Of a stretch of 25,552 nucleotides of DNA, positions 10,741 through 21,419 are shown piece after piece (the stretch's first letter is position 1; the number at the start of each line of letters is the position of its first letter). A program made the position numbers and the translations under genes. The DNA is from Veleropilina oligotropha (taxonomy: Eukaryota). The stretch is taken from the NCBI GenBank assembly GCA_048128005.1, contig JBEUKZ010000049.1, positions 186,001-211,552 on the forward strand, written 5' to 3'. The notes under the pieces were generated by a model that saw nothing but the letters and a program-made list of their open reading frames with translations, had not been told where the DNA came from and did no database searches.

Positions 10741-12632
10741 CCCTAACTACGCGGGGACCGTGTAAACACGATCTGTCATTGCTTATTTCCCCAACGGGTA
10801 CCGTGTATACGCAGTTACAGTACCTGTGTGGGACTAGCTTTTCTTTTATTCAAAACTAGGCAACAGGATGTATGTAATCATCATAAATAGCTTTTGAAAA
10901 CTTCTGGGCTGCGTTCAAGAATATCATTGGTCAATTTCGTCGACATTGCAAGCTTTGAAGTTTGGTTGTTTTGAAAATGGTGGCTGACGCGGTTATCGCA
11001 GAGATATTCGCCGATGACGATTCGGAGGCAGAATTAGAAGGCTTCACGGAAGATGATCTAAGATTTATGAGCGGTGAACTTCGTAACATCGACATACCAG
11101 ACTGTGATAACGATATAGACATTGAAAGCGATGTAGGGCTAGGGTGGTCGCGAGAATCGAGAGAGCCTATCGTGACGCCTTTCACTGGCAGCCCTGGAAT
11201 AAACATATCGGTAAATATTGAAAATATGACGCTGTATATATTTTTCAAATTGTTTATAAATGACAATGATTTTGCGCATATGTCGGAAGAAACTAATAGA
11301 TATCATGAACAAAACTTTAGTGGCTGAAATCTCAGTCAATTTGCCCCGTATTCACACTTTGTACGATACCACCCCCGAGGAAATCAACCAATGGCTGATC
11401 ATTACGGGACTTGTTGAGAAACCACGTTTCTCAAAAAATATTGGTCTTTCGATAGCATTATATGTACGCCCATTGTCAGTACATGTAGTACAATGCCACG
11501 GAAAAGATTTTTTAACATTTTGAGCTGTTTTCATTTGAATAATAATGAAAGTTACATTGCAAGAGGAAATGATGGAAGCAATCCAGTGTTCAAAGTTCGG
11601 CCGTTATATGACGTCACATGGAACAGGTGTCTGTCTGTCTATACCCCTAATGAAAATCTGTCGCTTGACGAAGGCATGGTGCCATGGAAGGGTCGCTTGA
11701 TATTCAAACAATATCTACCAAATAAACCGGACAGGTTTGGTACGAAGTTGTATGTGATATGCGAAGCTTCATCTGGTTATATTTGCCACTATGAAATTAC
11801 ACTGGTAAGGACTTTGATCCTAACCCTGATATTTAAGCAGAGAGGAGAATTATTGGCATTGAAGTGGATGGACAAACGAGACGTAACAATGATTTCAACC
11901 AAACACTCGCCAACATTTTCTTTGAGTGAAAAGTATGACCATACAACAGTGGAGGTAATTGTTACCCCTATGCATAGTGGATTACAATAAACATATGGGT
12001 GGTGTTGATCATTCTGACCAACTCTCAAAGTATTACACCATAACAAGAAAGAGTTTAAAATGGTGGGAAAAACTGGCATTGCATATTATAAATATTAGCA
12101 CCACTAATGCATACATTCTGTACAAAAGTATAAAACCGGTAACAAATTGAGCCATTATGATTTTCGAAAGGAACTCGCTCTCGACTTGATTAGTCAGCAT
12201 GTTTCCCAAATGAACATAAAAAGTAGAAGACCCACCGGGGCTCCTGAAAATAGACTAACGCAGAGACATTTTCCTGCACCAATACCTGCACAAGAGAATG
12301 CCAAAAATAATACCAACAGTGGCAAACGTCATGCATTACCATGTGTAGAAATGATCTTATTTCTACTCCTGTGTATATGATAACACAAAACGATGTCACC
12401 TGATATTCACCTGTAATTTGCAACTATGAACGACAAAGCATGTGTAAAAATTCACATTATTGAAGGATATACAATAAACTTTCTAAATCATATAGGTTTT
12501 ACCTTTGATTTATATACACAAATGTTCTTCTAGGCCTTTTATGTAGTGGTGAACATTTACAAGAATTCATGGAAAAGAATACAGTAGGGCAATATATAGA
12601 TATATAACCTTAGTATTGCAGCGTGTTAAGGG
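10741..12632 (+). mobile_element. piggyBac transposon, internally deleted (1892 bp)
   Basis: TTAA at 10737-10740 and 12633-12636. Ends are CCCTAACTACGCGG and (reverse-complement) CCCTTAACACGCTG. Encloses transposase remnants. Confidence 0.93.
10977..12380 (+). pseudogene. piggyBac (PGBD4-like) transposase pseudogene
   Basis: Fragments in several frames: acidic N-terminus, PFTGSPG, EETNRY, MPRKRFFNILSCFH, LSLDEGMVPWKGR..KQYLPNKPDRFG, KWMDKRDVTMIST, YNKHMGGVDHSDQ, KWWEKL. Multiple frameshifts, and the central DNxF/Y catalytic segment is missing. Confidence 0.92.
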
Positions 12633-12980
12633 TTAATATTTGACTTATTTTGAAATATTTCATTTTACAATTTAAAACAATGACAAAATGTGAATTGTGA
12701 ACGGGGAAAGAATGCGACAATCACAGGGAGATAATATTTGTAAGAAACCCATCGCCCAACACTCGAGCTTGCATCCTACCCATTTGTTTACAGCATGCGT
12801 GTTGGCGTAAATATGCATGCGCAACGTCGGCTATATGCATGCGCAACGTCTGCTCTTCACGATCCGAGAGCTGTCAAATTAAACACATCCTCAGATTTTC
12901 AACAAATTGACTAGATATTAATGTTGAAGATGAATACGTTTTAATTGATTCATTTGAAAAATCCTTTGCTTTCTTTCTAG

Positions 12981-13137
12981 GCCTACATTACCATATGTGC
13001 CCTTGTCATTATATTCCGCAAAAACCTGTCCCAGAACGCTGTTATGAAACCACCACTAATTTATGTACCAGACAAAGATCTGCAGTGCCAGCTTGGCAGG
13101 TTTTTGACGGAAAAAGTGTTTGTAGAACAAGAAGATG
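12981..13137 (+). CDS. STAG: Internal exon (157 nt, phase 0/1) of cohesin subunit STAG/SA (Scc3 family)
   Basis: Acceptor TTTGCTTTCTTTCTAG|, donor G|GTTAGT. Reads AYITICALVIIFRKNLSQNAVMKPPLIYVPDKDLQCQLGRFLTEKVFVEQED, resembling STAG1 AFMLLCDLLMIFSHQL...[29 protein letters not shown] (recalled). Confidence 0.85.
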
Positions 13138-13177
13138 GTTAGTATGGCAGCTGTGCAAGTCATAAATTATTTTAGTA

Positions 13178-13310
13178 CAGTGGATTCCGCTTATTTGCAT
13201 ATCGAGGTTGTCGTGATTATTTATGAAATAAATCAGATTATGCGATTAACCATTCTGTAAACTTCGGTAAAAAATTTCCCCGGAAATCACCGACGTTAAA
13301 TATTTTAATA
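13178..13310. mobile_element. Left end of a pogo/Tigger-type MITE, truncated
   Basis: TA|CAGTGGATTCCGCTTATTTGCATA fits the Tigger-like CAGTxGAxxCCGxTxA terminus after a TA. No right end in the window. Confidence 0.55.
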
Positions 13311-13312
13311 GG

Positions 13313-14470
13313 TTTTTGACTCGCATGCAACGCAAATGCGAGTCTATGTAATGAGCATGTCGTCTGGCCGTCCGTCCGACTGGCATCAACAATTGGTTCT
13401 CCTGTTAAAGTTTTTGGTTCAATTTTCTCAAGCATGCTATATAAGCAACAATATGCATGTTTTAGCATTTCTATATGTTAGATATCACTATTTCATTGTT
13501 ATCTGACCATAAATAAATAATATTGAAGATAATTAAATTGTGCTCCCACAAATGAAGTTTAGGGGGGGGGGCATATAGGAGTCGGCTTGTCTGTCTGTCG
13601 GTCTGTTGAAAATTCCCTTCCGCTCCATATCTCCGATAATATTTCATCTAGGAACACGAAACTTAATGTGTGCATGCATCTTGACTCAAAGGTGTGTCGC
13701 ATACCAAAAGTAGGTCACCACGACTTTTCACGCTTACCAGGGTTTGGTCCAAAATTCCTTTCCACTCCATATCTCCCATGCTATTTGACCTAGGGACACG
13801 AAACTTGATGTGTGGATGCGTCATAACCTAAAGGTGTTTTGCGTACCAAAATTAGGTCACTGTGACGTACTTTCCATGATTGACCGCATTTTGTCCAAAA
13901 TTCCTTTCCGCTCCATATCTCCCATACTTTTTGACCGAGGGACACGAAACTTGCTGTGTGCATGCATCTTGACTCAAAGGTGTGTCGTGTACTAAAAGTA
14001 GGTCACCACGACCTACTTTTCACGCTTACATGCGTTTGGTCCAAAATTCCTTTCCACTCCATATGTCCCATGCTATTTGACCTAGGGACACGAAACTTGA
14101 TGTGTGGATGCGTCATAACCCAAAGGTGTGTCGCGTACCAAAAGTATGTCACTGTGACGTACTTTCAATGCTTGACCGCATTCGGTCCAAAATTTGACTG
14201 AGGGATACGAAACTTGATGTGTGCATGCTTCATATCCCAAAGGTGTGTCGGGTCAAAAGTAGGTGACTGCGACAGCATGTTCCTCGGTCAAGTGCTTTTG
14301 TGGGGGCATATGATCACTTCTGTGATAAGTTGAGTTTAATTCAAATTTTACCATAAATTAATGCTGCTTTTGGACTTATAAACTTTCGTTAAAGTTTATC
14401 AAGCATGCTATATATGCAACAATAGGCACACTTTGGCATCTTCCTTTGTCAGATATCACTATTTCAAATT
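13313..14470 (+). mobile_element. Helentron/DINE-like element, family C, 5' part, interrupted by family B copy 2
   Basis: TTTTT then hairpin GACTCGCAT-9 nt-ATGCGAGTC and (CCGT)n. The internal unit CAAGCATGCTATAT..GCAACAATA..AGATATCACTATTTCA occurs at ~13428 and again at ~14400, either side of the nested element. Confidence 0.75.
13538..14336 (+). mobile_element. Helentron/DINE-like element, family B, copy 2 (complete)
   Basis: Same 5' end (CCCACAAA.GAAGTTTAGGGGGGCATATAGGAGTC), (GTCT)n, about 4.5 array units, and the same 3' end GGGGCATATGATCACTTCTGTGATAAGTTGAGTT. Confidence 0.9.
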
Positions 14471-14659
14471 GATAACGTGGGGCCTACTTCACTTTATTGA
14501 TCGATATGCGCTATCCACGACTTACATTTCTCATTTCCATAACATATCTGCACTGAAACCATGTTTACCGAATTTTCTGTTCTGACTCTCCGGAAGTAAA
14601 AATTATTTTGGAACCCACGAGATCATCATTTAGTAATAAATCGTATTAATGCTGTTACA

Positions 14660-14946
14660 GTGAAAGTACCTGTACGAATAAACGAGCAGCCTGCCAAAGC
14701 CGTCGTTGATACAGGTGCTGAAGTATCAGTAATAAGTGAGCGATTATTTGAGATGATTCCAGAGAGTGTGAGACCTAAAATTAGGAAAGCTGATAGAGAA
14801 TTGGTAGTGGCTGAAGAAGGTAGAAGCATGACAACTAAAGGGATAGCTGATTTAATGATAGATCTTGGAGGTCACAGATTTAGTTGGCCAGTGTATGTGG
14901 CGCCAATTGGTGACAATTTCCTCTTAGGTTGTGATATTTTAGATGA
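14660..14946 (+). pseudogene. Gypsy aspartic protease domain, split by LINE insertion
   Basis: DTGA catalytic motif and LLG.D motif. The frame continues as DILDEKDITVNTKQGL once 14947-20962 is removed. Confidence 0.92.
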
Positions 14947-15211
14947 TTTGATTTGATGTTTAACGACCACGCCGACATTATTTCAGTCATAATCGGGTCA
15001 ATAAAATAGAAATGATCGTGATTGGTATATTTACAGGTTAAAATATATAAATATCGATAAAAAGGCAAGTAAAAACAATGTAAATTTAGATAAAAACAAA
15101 GCAATAAAATAAAATGCTAGTGATGATAAAATGGTTGATAAAAACAAGTATAATAATAAAAAACAAAATCTGAAATTTGTGAAATAAATACTATTAAAAA
15201 TAAAATATAAA

Positions 15212-18200
15212 TTATAACTTGTAGAAAATATTTACTTGTTTTAAAAACTCGAATAAAGCTTCGAGCTTAGTGAGACTAAATAACTCTTGGAGCGAGTTTG
15301 CCCGGAAGTACTTTTGGCGTGCGAGATCCAAATCGACACAATCCAATAATATATGTTTAATTGTTAGGGCACATGCACAAGGAATACACTCAGGTGGAAG
15401 CTCCCCCTTAAGCAGGTAGCAGTGAGTGTAGTGGGAATGCCCAATTCTCAGTCTAGCTAAGACAACCTCTTCGCGGCGAATGATCCTGTAAGATGGAACC
15501 CATTCGCCAAGAAGAGGCTTGATTGCATGCAATTTATTCCTTGTGCATTAACTCCAAGAGTGCTGCCAAGTAGTATTTATATATTTGTTTATGTTTTGTT
15601 TAAAATCAGAGTGGGGTAATTTACAATTTAGTGTATGGTTAAGATGTGAGGCTGCCTTGGCAGCTTGGTCAGCCTTCTCATTGCCTTGGATACCAATGTG
15701 ACTTGGTATCCAGCATAAAATAATGTCATTATAGGGTAAAAGATTGTTATACTGTATTAAAATATCATAAATAAGAGGGTTTCTATTCATCTCCCTCAAT
15801 GCTTGTAAGCTAGAGAGGGAGTCTGAATAGATAATAAAACGCCTATTAATACTAGTTGATATAAAATTGAGTGCAAGTTCGATTGCCTTTAGTTCCGCAG
15901 TAAATATAGTCGTGCTGCCTGGCAGACGGTTTTGAAAACATCGTCTGCCAGTGACAGCGGCTGCTCCTACTAATTCTGCATCTTTTGAACCATCTGTATA
16001 TATACTTGCACGATCTGAATATTTTAATTTCAGATCGTGCAATTTTGTTAGATAATCTGTTGTTGTATTTGATTTTTTGAGTGATGTAAGATCTATGTCA
16101 ATTTCCGGTACTTTTAGTGTCCATGGTGGAGTATCCGGAATGTAATTTGTTTTAATTTGATCTATATTTATGTTTGACTTTTCTAGTGCTGGTTTTATGC
16201 GAATGCCTAATGGTGCAATTTTGTTTGGTTTTGCCTGAAACAGAATTTCGTAGTTAGGTGTAAATACAGTTTCGAAAGCTGGATTAGATGGATTTGATTT
16301 TAATTTAATTGCATACTGCAGTGAAAGTTTTTCGCGTCTATGTGTAAGTGATGGTTCGTTTGCTTCGACATAAAGGCTTTCCATGGGTGATGTACGGAAA
16401 GCCCCTAGTGCCAATCGAAGCCCTTGATTATGGATTGGATCAAGCATTTTAAGGTAAGAATGGCGAGCAGAGCCATATACAATGCTCCCGTAATCAAGTT
16501 TTGATCTAATTAAGGATCTATATAATCGGAGTAAAACTTTTTTATCAGCACCCCATTCAGTATTAGAAACTACTTTCATTAAATTTAAAGCTTTCTGACA
16601 TTTAGCTTTAATATATTTGATATGAGGTATGAAAGTCAGTTTGCGGTCAAATATAAGGCCTAAAAATTTAAATTGGTCCACCACTGGAATCTCAAAGTCA
16701 TCCAGTTTCAGCACAGGGTCGTCGTGTATTTCACGACGCTGGCAGAAATGCATGCATTTCGTTTTGTCCTTTGATAATTTAAATCCATTCTCATCGGACC
16801 ATATCTGTAATTTATTTAGGCCATGTTCATATTTGTTGAACGATAGCAAATGCCAAAATCGTCAACAAATAATGAACAGTCAGTGCCAGTACTAATACAT
16901 TTGACAATACTGTTTATTCTAATACTGAATAGGGTGACTGATAAAATACTTCCTTGAGGGACACCCATCTCCTGGTCGTGAAGGTCGGAGAGGGTGTCAC
17001 CCACCTTGACTTTAAAAATTCGGTCCTCAAGGAATTTTGAGATAAAAGTGGGCAAGTTGCCCTTTAAGCCAAAATCAAACAAATCTTTCATAATCCCGTA
17101 CTTCCATGTAGTATCGTAGGCCTTCTCTAGATCGAAAAAAAACAGCAACTAAGTGTTGTCTGTTTAAGAAGGCCTCACGAACAAAAGTTTCCAGACGTAC
17201 CAAATGATCAATTGTGCTCCGGTTCCTACGGAATCCACTTTGATATTCTGTTAATAAATTATTGGATTCAAGATACCAAACTAATCTCTCGTTTATCATC
17301 CGTTCCATGGTTTTACAAATACAACTCGTCAGAGCTATAGGTCGATAACTGTTTGCATGCGATGGATCTTTCCCTGCCTTGGGAACTGGAATAACGGTAG
17401 CTTCCCTCCATGCGGATGGGAATATTCCAGTTTCCCAAATGGTATTGAATAATGCAAGGAGAGTTGCAAGTGATGTTTCAGGTAAGTGCTTTAGTAACTG
17501 ATAGTGTATATCATCAGGACCAGCTGATGTGTCATGTGCCTTGTTTAGTGAATCTGTGAGTTCTTTGCGTGTAAATGGTTGATTGTATGATTCAGAATTG
17601 TTAGATCTAAAGTTTAGCCTTGTTTTTTCCTTTTGATGTTTGAAACGGGTAAATTTTGGTGTACAGTTATCGGATGATGAATTGGCAGAAAATGTATCTG
17701 CCAAAGTATTTGCAATGTCTTTAGCTGAGGTTGCTTCTGAGGTGTTTGTTTTAATGTGCTTGATGCAGTTGGGTATATGTTTGCCGCTGATTTTACGGAT
17801 CATATCCCATGTCTTTTTAATAGTGGAACGAGAGTTTAGTTTGGTAACATAGGAATGCCAGGATTCCCTTTTGCTTTGCTTGATGGTACGTCTGGCTTTT
17901 GCCCTTAGTAGCCTATAGCTATTAAGGTTTTGTAATGTTGGGTTGTGTTTAAATGTTGAAATTGCATGTATGCGTGTTTTTATTGCTTGCCTGCAGTCTT
18001 CATTAAACCAAGGTTTACTTTTGTGTTTTGCATTTGGACAGGTCTTTGGAATTGAGAGTGTTGCAATGTCATGTAATGTCGTAGAGAAACTTGATATTGG
18101 GTCATCGCCATTAGTGAAGTTGTTTGAGTGTAATTGGTCTTCGCAAAGGGATTGGAATCTTGGCCAATCAGCTTTGTAAAGTTTCCACCTTTCAGTGTAT

Positions 18201-18871
18201 GTTTGTGCTTGGTTAATTGTGCTTTCCAGGAAAATTGGAAAGTGGTCGCTTCCGCGGAGGTCCTCACCAACTTTCCAAGTAAAGTCCAGGAAAGCAGATG
18301 GGTCGCACATGGTAAGGTCAATGGTGGTAAGTGAGCCTGTAGGTGGATGCATGTATGTTGGCGATTTGGTAGTATTAAATAGGCACAAATTGTGTCTCCC
18401 GATAAAGTCCTCTATTTGATGTCCCCGTTTATCTGTGTCAGTACCGCCCCAATCAGTACTATGGGCATTAAAATCGCCACACAGTACAAATGGGGTCGGT
18501 AGCTGATTGATGAGATTGTCAAGGTCAGTAGGATGTATATTTATGCTAGGTGGTAAGTATACCGAGCAAATAGTTATTACTCGGTGAGTCGATATTTTCA
18601 CCGCTACTGCCTGTAAGTTGGTGTTTAAGTTGACCTGACTGTGTGGTGTTCTGTTGTTGATGATGATTGATACCCCCCCTGTAGCCTTGTCACCTGTGGT
18701 GACAATGTGATTATATAGTGAGTGGTGTTTAATGCGTATGTTGTCTGTGAGTTTCATGTAAGTTTCATTGAGACAAAATGCTATTGGTTTGTGATCTTGA
18801 ATAAGTAAATTGATCTCATCTATATTGGGTTTAATGCCTCTACAATTCCATTGTATTAATGTGCCTGCCAT
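15212..18871 (-). pseudogene. LINE ORF2: APE endonuclease - RT - RNase H - CCHC, with three disabling lesions
   Basis: QWNCRG, GDFNAH, GSDHFPI; YRPIALTS, DLEKAYD, GVPQGS, FVDD; YTDGSK, YSDS, WIPSHIGIQGNE; CIPC..TIKHILLDC. Lesions: +1 in the A8 run at 17135-17142, a 22-bp deletion near 16827, and TAA at 15548-15550. Confidence 0.95.
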
Positions 18872-18928
18872 ATTGGTTTATTGGTGTATTATGTTATTTG
18901 ATTGTAATGTTGTGTGCAGTGTTTGTCA

Positions 18929-20419
18929 CTACTTATTAGGTGGAAGTACGGTTTTTTTGTGGATTATCGGTTTTGCTGACGGCCGATCCAATAGTTGATC
19001 ATTATCCATTGGATCGTCGACAGACGGTGGTGGCATGGGTGGATCTTCTGCCACCTTTGTCTGTCGATTAAGCTTTGCTTTGGTTGCTGCTGCTGCCTTC
19101 CTACCCTTCTCGGTAGCAGCAGCAACTATGTCAGCTGCAAGGTCCTTTATGGTAGTGTCAGAATCGCTTTGGTCATCTGATGGTTCAATGGTATCCATCA
19201 GATTGTCAAAGCGATTGTGCAGCTTAATAGGGTCCTCGGACCCTTTGGGCTGTCTATCAGGTTTTGGGGTGTGTTTCTTATGGACTGCTGCTTTTGGAAG
19301 AGCAGCAGCCTCTTTATGTAAATTAATAGTTTGTTTGTTTTGGGATGTCGGTAGTTTGGATGTCTGTGTTGATGATTCTGATGATGTTGATTTTGGCCGA
19401 GATGGCATTACTTTGTAGTTGGGAGAGTCGAATGGCCAGGTAATGTCAGTTTGCACTGAGGAAGATCGCGTTGGAGGTCTTGACTCTGCTACTGCAGTAA
19501 TTGGTGCATAAGATCTGCCCGAAGGAGCCGATGGAATCCTTGACTCGACGAGTCTTCTGGCATCTGGGAACGAGATTCGGTCGATAGTTTTGACCCGCTG
19601 AATCTCCTTCTCGTGTTTCCATTTCGGGCAGTCTTTGGAGTAAGCACTATGGCTACCCTTGCAATTTCTGCAGAAAGGGGTCTTGGTGCATGAGTCAGAG
19701 TCGTGACCTTCCTCACTGCATCGAGCGCATGCTGTAGTCCGTCTGCATCGGTCCTTGTGATGGCCAAATGCCTGACATTTGAAACATCTCAAGGGGTTAG
19801 GGATATAAGGTTCCACAGGGATGATAATATATCCGGCTTTGATTGTTTTCGGAAGTACCGGAAGGCGGAATTCCAGGATGACAGTATTGATGGGCAGTCT
19901 TTTGCCATCCTTGGATATGGTCAGGCGTGTGACCTTAGTGACACCCTGACTCTTCATACCTTCCAGTAGTTCTTGGTCGCTGCATCCCTGCAGTTCCCTT
20001 GATCGTATAACTCCCTTGGATGAGTTCAAGGTCCGATGCGGAAGGACCTCTACTGGGATGTTTACAAATTTGGTACTCCTCAGTAGGTTATCATAATGGC
20101 TCTTCCTGGCACATTCAATTAGTATTTTGCCATCTCGGAGTTTCTTGACAGTTCGAGGTTCGCCAGCTAGGCCAAGGATGGCCTTGGAGATGGCGAACGG
20201 ACTTAATGTAGTGATGTCAGTGTCATTAAGTGACTCGACCGTCAAAAAACGGGGCCAACTATCCGGTACAGGAGGTGGAGGATCTGGCTTATATGGTGCC
20301 TCATTTTCAGGATCATATGGAATAGTCCGGATAGCGGTCATGAAATCAGCATCATCAGAATCGTAATCAAGTGGTTTATTCATTCGTCGTTTAGCCGCGT
20401 GAAGTGTGTGTTTTGCCAT
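18929..20419 (-). CDS. LINE ORF1 gag-like nucleic-acid-binding protein (496 aa), intact
   Basis: LNSSKGVIR and PYIPNPLRC motifs; three knuckles CFKCQAFGHHKDRC, CARCSEEGHDSDSC and CRNCKGSHSAYSKDC. Confidence 0.93.
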   Translation of the reverse strand: MAKHTLHAAKRRMNKPLDYDSDDADFMTAIRTIPYDPENEAPYKPDPPPPVPDSWPRFLTVESLNDTDITTLSPFAISKAILGLAGEPRTVKKLRDGKILIECARKSHYDNLLRSTKFVNIPVEVLPHRTLNSSKGVIRSRELQGCSDQELLEGMKSQGVTKVTRLTISKDGKRLPINTVILEFRLPVLPKTIKAGYIIIPVEPYIPNPLRCFKCQAFGHHKDRCRRTTACARCSEEGHDSDSCTKTPFCRNCKGSHSAYSKDCPKWKHEKEIQRVKTIDRISFPDARRLVESRIPSAPSGRSYAPITAVAESRPPTRSSSVQTDITWPFDSPNYKVMPSRPKSTSSESSTQTSKLPTSQNKQTINLHKEAAALPKAAVHKKHTPKPDRQPKGSEDPIKLHNRFDNLMDTIEPSDDQSDSDTTIKDLAADIVAAATEKGRKAAAATKAKLNRQTKVAEDPPMPPPSVDDPMDNDQLLDRPSAKPIIHKKTVLPPNK

Positions 20420-21419
20420 GATTTGTGTTTTATTGTTTCATCACCCGAGGTCCCCGCCCACCCCGGAGCCCAACAAGGGGGCATTTAATGGGTGCGGAGT
20501 TCCAGCACCCAATGCCAGGGATACCCGGGTGATATACTCAAATGGTTAATGAATGTCGTGGTGGGAAGTGTATATCCCACCATTCATTACTCACTTGATT
20601 GGCCCTTCAGCCACCGCCTTCTGGGATATAGATCAATGATGTTACGTGATCTTTTTGATTATATATTAAATGTAAAATTAAATGATGTTATAAATTATGG
20701 TTAATGTTATCCCAGGGCACGGCGTGACAAGCCGATTGATCAGATAGGGCCTATCTGACCTCCCGTCTAGCTGAATCCGAGGCCAAAGTAGTGTGTTGCT
20801 TCAGCCGAGGCCAAAGCTCAACTACCAGGATCCTCTTCTCCAACATCACGGGTCGCCACCCACGGCAAACAGGTGGCTCCCATTTGGGGGGATCTTACCC
20901 CTCTGCAGGGAGAGCAGTCGGCATATTCTAACCCCTAACCGACTGGGGGGTATTTTAGATGAGAAGGATATCACAGTTAATACTAAACAAGGTTTAGAAT
21001 TGAAACGTAAAACACGCGGTATTGCCAGAGTATGAAGGTATAACCATTCCAGGAAATAGTGAATTCATAGCTAGTGGTAGAATCAATGGGAGAGAGTACA
21101 TTGATAAGCGCTATGCCATGGTTGAACCAATGTCGACAGAGGATTATTTCTTCTTTGGGAGAAGTGTGGTAGATCCTCAGCAAGATAGTGTCCCTATTAG
21201 ATTTGCCAATGTTTCCGATTCTGCGATTAATTTGAAAAGGGGATTTGTAGTGGGAGAGCTACACTCAATTGAGGATATTGTAGAAATATCAAATATGGAA
21301 ACAGAAATAAGTGAGTCCCTAAAAGCAAACCATAAATTGTGCAGAGTTCAGGAAAGGTGTGAACATCACCTACGACCTTCTGACACATTTGAACATCATG
21401 ACGATCTCACTGTAGAAGA

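Larger units (their letters stand above)
14947..20950 (-). mobile_element. Full-length (6004 bp) I-group (Nimb-like) non-LTR retrotransposon
   Basis: 12-bp TSD TATTTTAGATGA at 14935-14946 and 20951-20962. Contains a 5' UTR, ORF1, ORF2 with RNase H, an AT-rich 3' UTR, a 3' stem-loop and a (TCAAA) tail. Confidence 0.96.

Noticed and set aside
12810..12853. Tandem duplication of TATGCATGCGCAACGTC
   Set aside because: Two copies only; ordinary local slippage.
17229..17239. CGGAATCCACT as the right TIR of the Tigger-like end at 13178
   Set aside because: Lies within the LINE ORF2 QSGFR codons and has no TA flank; coincidence.
16629..20366. Plus-strand ORFs opposite LINE ORF1 and ORF2
   Set aside because: Antisense shadows of coding sequence.
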